A DNA stretch of 64,000 bases from Candidatus Poribacteria bacterium. GTDB lineage: Bacteria > Poribacteria > WGA-4E > JAJDTR01. The stretch is taken from assembly GCA_965222225.1 (NCBI GenBank), contig CBDCTK010000002.1, positions 2,208,001 through 2,272,000 on the forward strand, read 5' to 3'. Position 1 is the first letter of the stretch, and each line of letters starts with the position of its first letter. The notes beneath the pieces are model-generated. The model had not been told where the DNA came from, searched no databases, and saw nothing but the letters and a program-made list of their open reading frames with translations. Shown here piece after piece: positions 1 through 9,305 of the stretch. The position numbers and the translations under genes are program-made.

Positions 1-1
1 G

Positions 2-235
2 AAGATAGACACTCTCGTCCACTCCGTTCGGACCTCCGACAATCTGATGCGTTGCCTTGCCAACAACGGCGTTTGTACTGATGGTGAACGCCCGATTTGC
101 CGACGAGTTGGCAAGGTCAATGGCAATAATCATGGCGACGCCGATGGACACACCTACGATAAAAAACAGACTTTGAAGAGGACGACGCCATGCACCTCCC
201 CAAGCCAACCGAAGCAAGGTTCTCAGATTTCTCAC
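2..235 (-). CDS. ABC transporter permease (FtsX/MacB-like), N-terminal part, runs off the window
   Basis: Manual translation from GTG at 235: [50 protein letters not shown]..., a typical FtsX permease start. It lies directly downstream of an ABC ATPase and is not in the ORF track. Confidence 0.85.
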   Translation of the reverse strand, partial: MRNLRTLLRLAWGGAWRRPLQSLFFIVGVSIGVAMIIAIDLANSSANRAFTISTNAVVGKATHQIVGGPNGVDESVYL

Positions 236-245
236 GTTGCCGATA

Positions 246-968
246 TTATCCCCTATGCAAGTTCAGTTTTCCGCCGTCAATGTGAAACACACGGTCTGCT
301 CGCTCCGCGATTTCAGTTGCATGGGTTGCCATCACCAAGGCTTTGCCAGCGGTTCGGCTCAGTCGCAGCAGCAGCGAGAGGACGGATTCACTCGTTTCGG
401 CGTCCAGATTACCGGTCGGCTCATCTGCGAGCACAAATTGCGGATTATGCACTAGAGCACGAGCGATAGCTACCCGTTGCTGTTCACCACCACTCAATTT
501 GTCGGGATAGGTTTCCGTCCGCGCACCGAGACCAACGGCATCTAGCAAGGAAGCCGCAGACTTATGAGCGTCCCTTTTGCCCATCAAGTTTACGGGTAGC
601 GTAACGTTTTCAATTACAGTCAGTGTCGGTATGAGATTGAAGAATTGGAAAACGAAACCGATATGATTCCGTCGGAACAGGGTGCGTTCGCGCTCCGTCA
701 AGCGATTGAGTGCGATTTCCCCGTCAGATGTTCGAATAAGGACATCACCGTCGCTAGGCGCGTCAATGCCAGCGATGAGGTTGAGGAGGGTACTCTTGCC
801 GCTGCCGGATTTCCCGTGCAGGCAGACGAATTCACCCCCATAGAACTCCTCGGTAATTCCGTCCAGCACGATATGATGTTGGTCGCCTTCCCTGTATATT
901 TTTCTCAAACCGTTGAGGCGTATGAGCGGTTTGTGGGCTGAATTGCTTTCCCGCATTAGGAACCTCAC
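246..968 (-). CDS. ABC transporter ATP-binding protein (LolD/MacB-like)
   Basis: Walker [24 protein letters not shown] signature, [12 protein letters not shown]-loop ATH. Confidence 0.95.
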   Translation of the reverse strand: MRFLMRESNSAHKPLIRLNGLRKIYREGDQHHIVLDGITEEFYGGEFVCLHGKSGSGKSTLLNLIAGIDAPSDGDVLIRTSDGEIALNRLTERERTLFRRNHIGFVFQFFNLIPTLTVIENVTLPVNLMGKRDAHKSAASLLDAVGLGARTETYPDKLSGGEQQRVAIARALVHNPQFVLADEPTGNLDAETSESVLSLLLRLSRTAGKALVMATHATEIAERADRVFHIDGGKLNLHRG

Positions 969-1011
969 TAGACGATCTCTATGGGATTAGCTATCGCGCT
1001 CGCTTAACCGT

Positions 1012-4000
1012 TCAGTCCGTTTTTAACGCCGGAAGTAGTGGAGCGCACAGCACAAAAAAGACGGCAACGGCGCTAGCTATCACCCCCACAAGAAACACGA
1101 TGCCCAAGGTCGCCGCGAGGGAGACCCACGGAACATGGCTGCCGGGAGCAAGTATGTGCGGTGCAACGGCAATCAACGCGGAAACGGCGCCGATTGCCAT
1201 ACCGGTCAGAAGAAGAAACGCGTTCTCTATCAGGAGCATCGCGGACAGTGTTAACCGGCGAAAACCAATTGCGCGCAGGGTCGCCAATTCACCGCGCCGC
1301 TCAATCGCATTCCTCAGAAGAATCAAGCCCAGACCTAATGTCCCGAGCAGTAGTCCGAAACCACCAAGCGTCTGAAACGTAGAAAGATAGGTATTTTCGA
1401 CCGTTCTGTAGTTGGCTAGTTTTTCGGCGGTTGAGGTTACATCGAAACCGTGATCGCGAAGCACATTTTCAAGCACCTGCGTCACCTCCTCCGCGGCTTC
1501 GGGAGGCGTTTGGATTAGGAAAGACCTATGCCCGCTCTGGCTCGGAAAGTATTTGGTAAAATTGGCTTCGGAGATTAACAGTTCACTCTGGAAGATGCTG
1601 CCTCGCAAAAGTCCTACGAGCCGGAGCTTTAACGGTTCGCCCAATTCGTCCCGGATGATGAGATCTTTGCCAAGCCCAAGGTGTAAAATCCACATCACCG
1701 AATTATAATCTCCGATAGCCGGGACCGCCCCTTCTCCAAGTTCCTCGTATAGAAGGCGCCACGGTGCCTCCTCTTCGTTCACTCTTGACTGAAATTGGAA
1801 ACCGCCCCGTGCAATGAGATTATCGGAAACACCCCATACCCGAGGATTTTGGGGTTGATAGAGGTTCAGACAGCTCGCATCCTCGCCCGGGAGAACGCGA
1901 AGTGGAATAATTCGGGATTGAGCCAATGCCGCCTCATCTCGGTCCGAGAAACCCAATTCAAACCTTCCGGCTTCAGAGTTCAAGTCATGATGCAGCGGGA
2001 CGTCCGCCTCGGCGACCAGCGTAAACCCCCCTGTACCGGAGGTGCGCTCCAGAGATGAGTTGTGTCCGCTATTAACGTGTCGATTTGCGCCGACTGCAAC
2101 GATGACGAAACAGGCGCAACTAACCAGTGCCGCACAAAGCATACTACGCCCGGGACGACGTGCGCAATTTCGAATGCCTATTCGCGCGATGCCACCTCTT
2201 GAACTCGACGCTTCGGACGCCCCATCCAACTTCAACCATAAAGCAAGAAAGGAGAATCCCGCAATCAATAGAAGCGTCCCGATAGCGAAAAAGAGCGTCG
2301 GTGATGATGATGCTTCGGTAATCAACGCAAACAGCAAAAGCGCCAGAGCAATCCCAATCGTTGCAAAAGCAAAGATGCGCACCACACGTCCCGATGCTTT
2401 TTCTTCAAGCTCAGTTGCCCCGGCGACTAACGAGCGAATCGAGATTTTGCCCAGCCGTCGGATTGTCCATCCGATTGAAGCAAGAACGACAACAATGGAA
2501 ATCAAGTAGCCGAGTAGCAGGTTCAACCAATTGAGGTGAAGTGACAGGAACTGCGTTCCCACCGCTGCCACCCACCACGTCCGCAATCCTGTCATCATCA
2601 ACCAGGCATAGCCGATTGCTCCAACCAATCCTATCGCACCGCCGATTCCAGCTAGGATACCCGCCTCCCTCATGAAACGCCAACGTACCGTGGACAGCGG
2701 ATAGCCCGAAGTCAATAGAATCCCGATTTCGCCCGCTCGTCCTTCGACGCCAAGTCTAAAGAGCAATCCCACGAGTAGCGCGGCAGAGATGATGAGAAAG
2801 AGACTAAATCCGATAAACAGCATACTGAAGTCGGTGGCGCCTGAAGCGGCTTCCAAGCCTTGCGCCTTCACCGGCTGGAATACGAACCCGAATTGCTCAG
2901 GGGCAGCCATTTCCCGTAACTGTTCATGGAAAACCCTTTGGGTAGTCTGGAGATTTTCACCCGGATTTGCTCCGAAACGAATTGCCGTTAGGCTGCCAAA
3001 CTGACTGCTCCATAACCGATAGCCCGTCGCGGCAGAAACAAAAGCCTTGGGCGTCGCGCCGAATTCATCCCAATACGCTTCATCTCTAGGACGAATTCGA
3101 TTAAAATCGACCGGGAATGGCGCGTCCCATTCGGACATGTCATCCGCGTCATGCACCCCCGGAAAGTTTGGCGTCAATTCCCGATCTGCGGCTAGCCCCG
3201 TTAGGGCAATAACACCCTTTAGACGAAATTCTGCGTACTTTGTCAAAAACTGTTCGTTGCGCCCAATGACGTAATAACTCACATCAATCCTATCCCCGGT
3301 CTGTGCCTTTAATTCGCTCGCCGCCCATTCGTTGAGTAGAATTTCATGGTCACCGAGTCGCACGGCGTGAAACAGGACTTGATTGTCCGGTTGTCCGCCC
3401 GTTTGCACCCGCATCTGCTCATTCACGCCAAGCGCCGTAATGGTCGAGTAGGGAACTGACTTCCCATTCGCCGAGATCCCATTCGCCAAGTAGGTCATGA
3501 CGGTAGTCACAGGAATTTCGTTCTCGGCTGCGACAGTCTTTGCCAATTTTATGATGTTCGGTTTGAGAACGAACTGGGAGGTTTCAAGGGAGAAATAGCC
3601 GACGGAGCGTCGGAGCGTCAAGCCGAAGTCATCCAGCTTTAATAGCTGCCGAAGTTTTTCCCCCAATCGCTCCGTTGCGTCAGTGGCGGGAATCGCGGGC
3701 GATGAAATTAGAATTGCGTTGACTTTCGCTTCCTGCCCCAAGGCTTTCTGCAAAACAGGTAGGGAAACATAGGCATTGAATGGAAGACTTTGATTGGGGC
3801 GGAGACCGAATCGCCCAACGCCTAAATTTGGGACAATTTTCGCCACGGTGAGCCGGAGGGTTTGCACGACATCCGATGTATCTCGACGACCAAGCAGAGA
3901 TTCGGGATGAATATCGTTTTGCTTCTGAAAAGAGATGAGAAGCGTGCCTCCAACCTCGACGTTGAGTTCCTTTTTGAGGGATTGGTTAATAATGACCGAT

Positions 4001-4413
4001 GGGAAGAGTTGCCTCGGTTGCTTTTTCAGGAAATCGCCTAGATTACCTGTTTCAGAGGTTGACCAGAAGTCCAAAAAATCCTCATCAATTCCCTGGATTT
4101 GGACGCGCGACGCCCTGGTCTTGGTAGTCGCGTTAACCGCGGGGCCGCTCAACAGCATTGCAGGTACAACGCGGTCATATCCTTCGTCTGTCGTCAGGTA
4201 GGCTGACAAATCCGCCGTGAGTGTTTCTCGAAAGAAGCGCTCTGATAGCATCACATGGTCAATTTTGCCTAACCGATCCAGTGTTAGCTCTCGTAGGCTT
4301 CCGCGAACGGAATCACCGACCAGAAGCGCGCCGGTGAGAACTGCTGTCGCCACGGCGGCACTGAGCAATACGGCGAGATGAATTTGCCAGAAATGGATTA
4401 GACTTCGGCGCAT
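1012..4413 (-). CDS. Large FtsX-family ABC permease (two periplasmic domains, 1133 aa)
   Basis: N-terminal TM AVLTGALLVGDS; two FtsX TM blocks (R..EIGIL, RRGELATLRAIGF); flanked by ABC ATPases. Confidence 0.9.
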   Translation of the reverse strand: MRRSLIHFWQIHLAVLLSAAVATAVLTGALLVGDSVRGSLRELTLDRLGKIDHVMLSERFFRETLTADLSAYLTTDEGYDRVVPAMLLSGPAVNATTKTRASRVQIQGIDEDFLDFWSTSETGNLGDFLKKQPRQLFPSVIINQSLKKELNVEVGGTLLISFQKQNDIHPESLLGRRDTSDVVQTLRLTVAKIVPNLGVGRFGLRPNQSLPFNAYVSLPVLQKALGQEAKVNAILISSPAIPATDATERLGEKLRQLLKLDDFGLTLRRSVGYFSLETSQFVLKPNIIKLAKTVAAENEIPVTTVMTYLANGISANGKSVPYSTITALGVNEQMRVQTGGQPDNQVLFHAVRLGDHEILLNEWAASELKAQTGDRIDVSYYVIGRNEQFLTKYAEFRLKGVIALTGLAADRELTPNFPGVHDADDMSEWDAPFPVDFNRIRPRDEAYWDEFGATPKAFVSAATGYRLWSSQFGSLTAIRFGANPGENLQTTQRVFHEQLREMAAPEQFGFVFQPVKAQGLEAASGATDFSMLFIGFSLFLIISAALLVGLLFRLGVEGRAGEIGILLTSGYPLSTVRWRFMREAGILAGIGGAIGLVGAIGYAWLMMTGLRTWWVAAVGTQFLSLHLNWLNLLLGYLISIVVVLASIGWTIRRLGKISIRSLVAGATELEEKASGRVVRIFAFATIGIALALLLFALITEASSSPTLFFAIGTLLLIAGFSFLALWLKLDGASEASSSRGGIARIGIRNCARRPGRSMLCAALVSCACFVIVAVGANRHVNSGHNSSLERTSGTGGFTLVAEADVPLHHDLNSEAGRFELGFSDRDEAALAQSRIIPLRVLPGEDASCLNLYQPQNPRVWGVSDNLIARGGFQFQSRVNEEEAPWRLLYEELGEGAVPAIGDYNSVMWILHLGLGKDLIIRDELGEPLKLRLVGLLRGSIFQSELLISEANFTKYFPSQSGHRSFLIQTPPEAAEEVTQVLENVLRDHGFDVTSTAEKLANYRTVENTYLSTFQTLGGFGLLLGTLGLGLILLRNAIERRGELATLRAIGFRRLTLSAMLLIENAFLLLTGMAIGAVSALIAVAPHILAPGSHVPWVSLAATLGIVFLVGVIASAVAVFFVLCAPLLPALKTD

Positions 4414-4526
4414 GAAAAGAGCTTTTGCGAATTGCGCATCAGGTTTCGTCAGATGGTCGGTTTTGCACTACAGGAATACAATAGCTGACAATGGTCGGGT
4501 AATCTTTAGGACTTAATGTCTTCATC

Positions 4527-5228
4527 TCAAACCTGTCCCGCGTGCCCTTCAATTCTGCCATTTACCAACTCAAATCGGCGTTCAAAGCGCTCCGCAAGTT
4601 CAAGGTTGTGCGTCACCACAATCAAGATATTTTGCTCGGCTTGGTGAAGTTCAAAGAGGAGGGAGGTGACTGTATCTGCTGTTGAACGGTCGAGATTTCC
4701 CGTCGGCTCATCGCAGAGGAGAAGGCTCGGCTTATTCATAAGCGCACGAGCCACGGCGACACGTTGACATTCGCCGCCGGAAAGCGCCGCCGGACGATGG
4801 CTCAATCGGTGAGAGAGACCGACGCCTTCAAGTAACATTCTGGCCCTACTTTCGACATGCTCATTGCGCCGATTAAACGCCAAAGTGGGTATCAAGACAT
4901 TTTCCAGAACCGAATATTGGGGTAGAAGGTGATGGTCCTGAAAAACAAACCCAATAACTTCGTTTCGAAATCTTGCCAACCGTGGTTCCGAGAGTCCAAA
5001 CGGGCTTTCACCGTTGATTTCAATCGTGCCGGCGGAAGGTGTGTCCAGCGTACCTATCAGGTGTAACAGCGTGCTCTTTCCTGAGCCGGAGGGACCGGTT
5101 AGGGCAAGCCTCTGCCCTTGAGTCATCTCGAACGAGACGCCGCGAAGGACTTCGACGGAACGTGCCGCGCTACCGAAGTTCTTATGGATTTCCGACACTT
5201 TGAGGGAAGTAAGATTTGATGTTGCCAT
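4527..5228 (-). CDS. ABC transporter ATP-binding protein (LolD-like)
   Basis: [37 protein letters not shown]. Confidence 0.95.
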   Translation of the reverse strand: MATSNLTSLKVSEIHKNFGSAARSVEVLRGVSFEMTQGQRLALTGPSGSGKSTLLHLIGTLDTPSAGTIEINGESPFGLSEPRLARFRNEVIGFVFQDHHLLPQYSVLENVLIPTLAFNRRNEHVESRARMLLEGVGLSHRLSHRPAALSGGECQRVAVARALMNKPSLLLCDEPTGNLDRSTADTVTSLLFELHQAEQNILIVVTHNLELAERFERRFELVNGRIEGHAGQV

Positions 5229-5312
5229 CTTTCACGGAGAGACATGAAGTCGCGCAGATGGATTTGGGAGTATCTTCGTACTACGCAGAAGGCTCCCATT
5301 TGCAGAGTGCAT

Positions 5313-5756
5313 TCAGACCATCCGTGGAGGACTCGGGGCTTCTTCAATTTGGTTTGCGATAAAGTCGGGGATTGGGATGGCTTTCATTTTTTCGCCCGGA
5401 TTACAGGTACAACACGCCGTTCGCATCTGACCACGCGCAATCTGGACATCATCTTTGGTAAACACAAATTGGTACGTCATAGATTTGCGCCCTTTTCTCG
5501 AAATCATCAGATTAATATCCAAGGTATCCTCAAACTTAACGGGATTCAAGTATTCACACGATGCCGACAGTCTTGGCCAACCAATCTTGTTTCCTTCCCA
5601 TTCTGCTGCAACGCTGGTTCCCAATGAACGCAGAAATTCATGTTCAGCGGTTTCCATGAAAACAAAAAATCGAGAAAAATGGGCAATACCGGCCATGTCG
5701 GTATCGGAAAATTCTATCTGCCGTTTTGTCCGATATTCATAGGGCATGACATTCAA
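5313..5756 (-). CDS. Acyl-CoA thioesterase (4HBT/YbgC hot-dog family)
   Basis: FSDTDMAGIAHFSRFFVFME motif, 147 aa. Confidence 0.9.
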   Translation of the reverse strand: MNVMPYEYRTKRQIEFSDTDMAGIAHFSRFFVFMETAEHEFLRSLGTSVAAEWEGNKIGWPRLSASCEYLNPVKFEDTLDINLMISRKGRKSMTYQFVFTKDDVQIARGQMRTACCTCNPGEKMKAIPIPDFIANQIEEAPSPPRMV

Positions 5757-5874
5757 TCACAAGGGGGGTAGTTAATCAGAGTTGAGTTCCTCAGCGATCA
5801 AGGTTGGGCGAAGGAACGCTGAAGGTGATGTAGCGCGTATGCCGAAATTTATCAATCCTGTTTCCGGCGGTAAC

Positions 5875-6351
5875 CTACGACCCCGGTCGATAAAGCGTCA
5901 CGAGACAACCGCCTGCCGCGGCAAGCAGAATCCCAACGATGAATTGCCAGTGGAAACTACTCCAACCGCCCGCCGGTGGGTGCATCGCCGTCGCAACAAT
6001 CGCATTAACAATCGGAGCGCCGGCAAAGACAATCGACATCACCACGGCGGGCCTGCCTCCCACACCAAATGCCAACACGACGCCGAACGCCCCGATGGCA
6101 CCGACTGTCCCGGCGATTGTTGACCAAGCTATCCCCTTCGCCGGAAAACTCCATGTGGCACCGTTGGCAACGAGCATAATCGCTGATCCGATAACCGCTA
6201 TCAGCAGATAGGCTATGCCCACGAAAAAGAACGCTTTGTAGCGCCCATGCGCAGCATCCGCCATTGATAACTGTCCGGAATGAAGTAAAACGCCGTAAGA
6301 ACCCCATGCTGCAACCGTTATAAAAACAAAAATTAACCATGTCATACGCAT
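5875..6351 (-). CDS. Small multi-pass membrane protein (EamA/DMT-like)
   Basis: About five hydrophobic helices; likely start MRMTW at 6351, just after the GT4 stop. Confidence 0.7.
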   Translation of the reverse strand: MRMTWLIFVFITVAAWGSYGVLLHSGQLSMADAAHGRYKAFFFVGIAYLLIAVIGSAIMLVANGATWSFPAKGIAWSTIAGTVGAIGAFGVVLAFGVGGRPAVVMSIVFAGAPIVNAIVATAMHPPAGGWSSFHWQFIVGILLAAAGGCLVTLYRPGS

Positions 6352-6361
6352 ATTGTTCTCC

Positions 6362-7657
6362 CTATGTCGAAAGGTATTTCCGATAAACCGCCAAAGTTTC
6401 ATCCGCCATGATGTCGTCGCTAAAGCATTGATGCACGGCTTCCTTCCCTTGCCGACCCAGCTCCTCGCGGCGTTTCGTATTGTTCATCAATTCAAGTATG
6501 CCCTCTGCAGTTGCAGTCGGCGACTCCGCATCTACGAGTATGCCGCCACCCGTCGCATCGATTAACTCCGGAAATCCCCCGTGGCGCGGGAGGACAACCG
6601 GCACGCCATTGGCGAGCGCTTCCAGAACGAATAGCCCTTTGGGTTCTTTGTAGATCGTCGGCACGGATAGGACGTGTAAGCCTCGAAGGAAATCAACCTT
6701 CTGCAGGCGATCAACCTCTCCCACATACTCGAAGGCGTCCGTTAATCCCCACGCCTCGATCTGCTTCACAATTTCCTCGAAGTACAGTGTGTCCCCCTTG
6801 CCGAGATACCCCGCAACCTTTAGCCGAATCTTATCAGATGCAACCTGCCGCGTCAACCGGTAAAACGCATCAACGAGCAGATGCAGCCCTTTCTCCGGAC
6901 AGATGCGCGCCAGATATCCAATCACGAAGGGAGAATCGGAAGCGGTGGTTTCCCTAGCTTCGCCGTGTCCTTCCAGATTCAAACCGAGTTTCACCACCTC
7001 AACTTTGTCCGCGGGAATCCTGAGATATGATGCCATGAACTCGGCATAATATCGGCAGGGCGCGATGAAACCATCCACATCGGAAGCCCGCGCTCGCAAA
7101 ACCTCCAACGCCTGCGCTTTGTAAGGCTCAATTAGACCTTCCAGAAAGATGTCTTCTCCCTGAAGCGCGCAGAGAATTGGGACACCCAACGCCTTTTTCA
7201 TCTCCTTGGCAAACCCCACGAACATTGAGTTGGTAAGTTGCACAAGATTTGGTCGGTAGGCATCTTTCAGCCATTTTGTCAGCTTTTCCAATTCCTTTTT
7301 CTGATGTCCGTTTTCCCCTTGAAGTACGGAAAGTGTGAGGGCACCGAGATCTTTCGCGTTTGTTGAACTGGCAAATCGAGATAACTTCCTCAGCAGCGCG
7401 GGACTGTTGAGCAATTCATCAAAAACCCACGGTGTGTGGCGGAACAGAGCCGACTTCTGCTCCAGATAGACGTTAATCCCGCCGTAAAAGATGCGGTGGA
7501 TGCTGACATCGGTTTCGTCTGTCCGGATAGGGGTATAGGTTGGGATGAGCGCGACATCGTGCCCCTTCTGTAGTAGCGCTGCAGCGAGGGTATTGTCGTG
7601 AATGCAGGTGCCGCAATACATGCCTGCGGCACCTGCGGCGATATAGGCAATTTTCAT
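6362..7657 (-). CDS. Glycosyltransferase family 4
   Basis: GYLARICPEKG and EPKGLFVLEALANGVPVV GT-B motifs; N-terminal YCGTC motif. Confidence 0.9.
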   Translation of the reverse strand: MKIAYIAAGAAGMYCGTCIHDNTLAAALLQKGHDVALIPTYTPIRTDETDVSIHRIFYGGINVYLEQKSALFRHTPWVFDELLNSPALLRKLSRFASSTNAKDLGALTLSVLQGENGHQKKELEKLTKWLKDAYRPNLVQLTNSMFVGFAKEMKKALGVPILCALQGEDIFLEGLIEPYKAQALEVLRARASDVDGFIAPCRYYAEFMASYLRIPADKVEVVKLGLNLEGHGEARETTASDSPFVIGYLARICPEKGLHLLVDAFYRLTRQVASDKIRLKVAGYLGKGDTLYFEEIVKQIEAWGLTDAFEYVGEVDRLQKVDFLRGLHVLSVPTIYKEPKGLFVLEALANGVPVVLPRHGGFPELIDATGGGILVDAESPTATAEGILELMNNTKRREELGRQGKEAVHQCFSDDIMADETLAVYRKYLST

Positions 7658-7868
7658 TGGGTTAACGACGACTGGCTTTCAGTGGTAATCTGTCCCTTTC
7701 AAGCAGATGAGGCGATTGTAGGTGCTATCTATTAGGGACTTAGTAGTTAACTGCTTTTTGGTCGATTTGCTTGCTTTTCTCTTCTTAATGTACAATCATT
7801 TTAGACAGTGTTCGGAATCTTGATTCACACTAAAATACATCTCTATAAGAGAGAAATGGAGGCATATC

Positions 7869-7991
7869 ATGTTGACCAAGCGTTTGTACATGCTCGCGGG
7901 AGCATTGCGGGTTATCTGCGGGATTTTAATTTCCAACACTATGGGATTTTCAGCACACCATGATGTTGTCGTTGACAGAATATACCGATAG
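7869..7991 (+). CDS. 40-aa passenger ORF inside the IS (signal-peptide-like)
   Basis: GGAGG RBS upstream of ATG; MLTKRLYMLAGALRVICGILISNTMGFSAHHDVVVDRIYR; convergent with the transposase. Confidence 0.35.
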   Translation: MLTKRLYMLAGALRVICGILISNTMGFSAHHDVVVDRIYR

Positions 7992-8009
7992 CCAAACAAT
8001 TCATGTGGC

Positions 8010-8864
8010 TCAGGTGAAGCATTCATCAAAAAATCTTATGAAAATCTCATCATCTTTTCTGCGATTATATTTCCAGCAAGACTCCATGATATACAGTGGC
8101 AGCCACTTCTTGCTGTAGTGATGATGCGTTCCGTAGAATGACCTCTTGACACAAGCCCAAAACGACTCGATGGTGTTGGTGTGAGTTACGCCGTCCTCAG
8201 AAACATATCTCTCTTGGTGATGGATAACATGTCTTTCGATATCTTCGTCCAGACTATTGTAAGAGCGAAATTCATCAGTCATAAGAATAGACTCATCGGG
8301 TGAGACATTGCTAAGGATGAATTCTCTGATATTTTCACCAGATAGAACCTTCATGAATTTAGCAACCACCCGACCGCCTCTCTCGACTACGCCGATGACG
8401 GGAGATTTATTTGTGCCTCTACCTCTCTTAGATTTTGCTCTGGGTTTGCCGCCGACATAGGTTTCGTCCGCTTCAACTATCCCTTTCAGCAATTCATCAC
8501 TATCACTCATTTTCTCACGGAGGCGCATTGCCATATACCAAGCGGACTTTTGATTCATGTCCAAGTCACGAGCAAGCTGACAACTCGATATGCTTTTCTT
8601 GGCATTGGAAAGAATTGAGATAGCCAAAAACCATTTCTGGAGAGGTATCTTGGTACCATGGAAGATGGTTCCTGCTGTAGCCGAAAAGCTAGATTCACAA
8701 TCGTAGCAATTCCAACCAGTAGTAATGTCGTTTTTGTTCTTGCGTCCAACTTTTTCACTGCCACAGTGGATACAGCAAACACCGTCCTTCCAACGTTTTT
8801 CCTCTATAAATCTGAGACAAGATTCTTGATTTGGAAACTCTTTCATAAGATTCAAAATGTCCAT
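8010..8864 (-). CDS. IS1595-family (ISXO2-like) DDE transposase
   Basis: Zn ribbon CIHC...CYDC, HTH region, VEADETYVGG, LMTDE, HTNTIESFW. Confidence 0.95.
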   Translation of the reverse strand: MDILNLMKEFPNQESCLRFIEEKRWKDGVCCIHCGSEKVGRKNKNDITTGWNCYDCESSFSATAGTIFHGTKIPLQKWFLAISILSNAKKSISSCQLARDLDMNQKSAWYMAMRLREKMSDSDELLKGIVEADETYVGGKPRAKSKRGRGTNKSPVIGVVERGGRVVAKFMKVLSGENIREFILSNVSPDESILMTDEFRSYNSLDEDIERHVIHHQERYVSEDGVTHTNTIESFWACVKRSFYGTHHHYSKKWLPLYIMESCWKYNRRKDDEIFIRFFDECFT

Positions 8865-9161
8865 AGCAAACTCCTACGAGAAGAATAGTCACTATGGACA
8901 TCTACGTGTGACGAAAAGATTTACGACAGGGTACCAAGTTTTATGTTTGTCGTCAGTCTAAAAGCTACAAGCTACTAATTCCGATCTATTATATTGTGAA
9001 ATTCCGTTATTTCCAAAAAGTTAATGCCATCTCATGAGATGTGGGAATTGTAGCTTGAAAATGGGGTGAAGGGAGTTGGTCCGATTGCAGAGAGGTCAGT
9101 ACACTCTCTACCATCCCATTGAATGAGATGCGATTGCCTTGCCTCTTCGGTCTCTTTAGGC

Positions 9162-9190
9162 TTGACGGCTTTCTGCCAGCGGAGTATAAT
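9162..9190 (+). promoter_or_regulatory. sigma70-type promoter for the GH127 operon
   Basis: TTGACG-N17-TATAAT. Confidence 0.7.
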
Positions 9191-9305
9191 TCAGCGCATT
9201 ATTTTGAATTCAATTCTATCAGGTTTAGGTAGCGGATTCAACAGAAAATTCCGATGGCAGTTCTTGTATGATTTCACTTCGCGCGATAGGGAATGTGTGC
9301 CATAG

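Larger units (their letters stand above)
7735..8983 (-). mobile_element. IS1595-family insertion sequence, 1249 bp
   Basis: 8-bp direct repeat ATCTATTA at 7727-7734 and 8984-8991; imperfect inverted ends GGGACTTAGTAGTTAACTGCTTTT versus (reverse complement) CGGAATTAGTAGCTTGTAGCTTTT; AT-rich; encodes a transposase. Confidence 0.88.
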
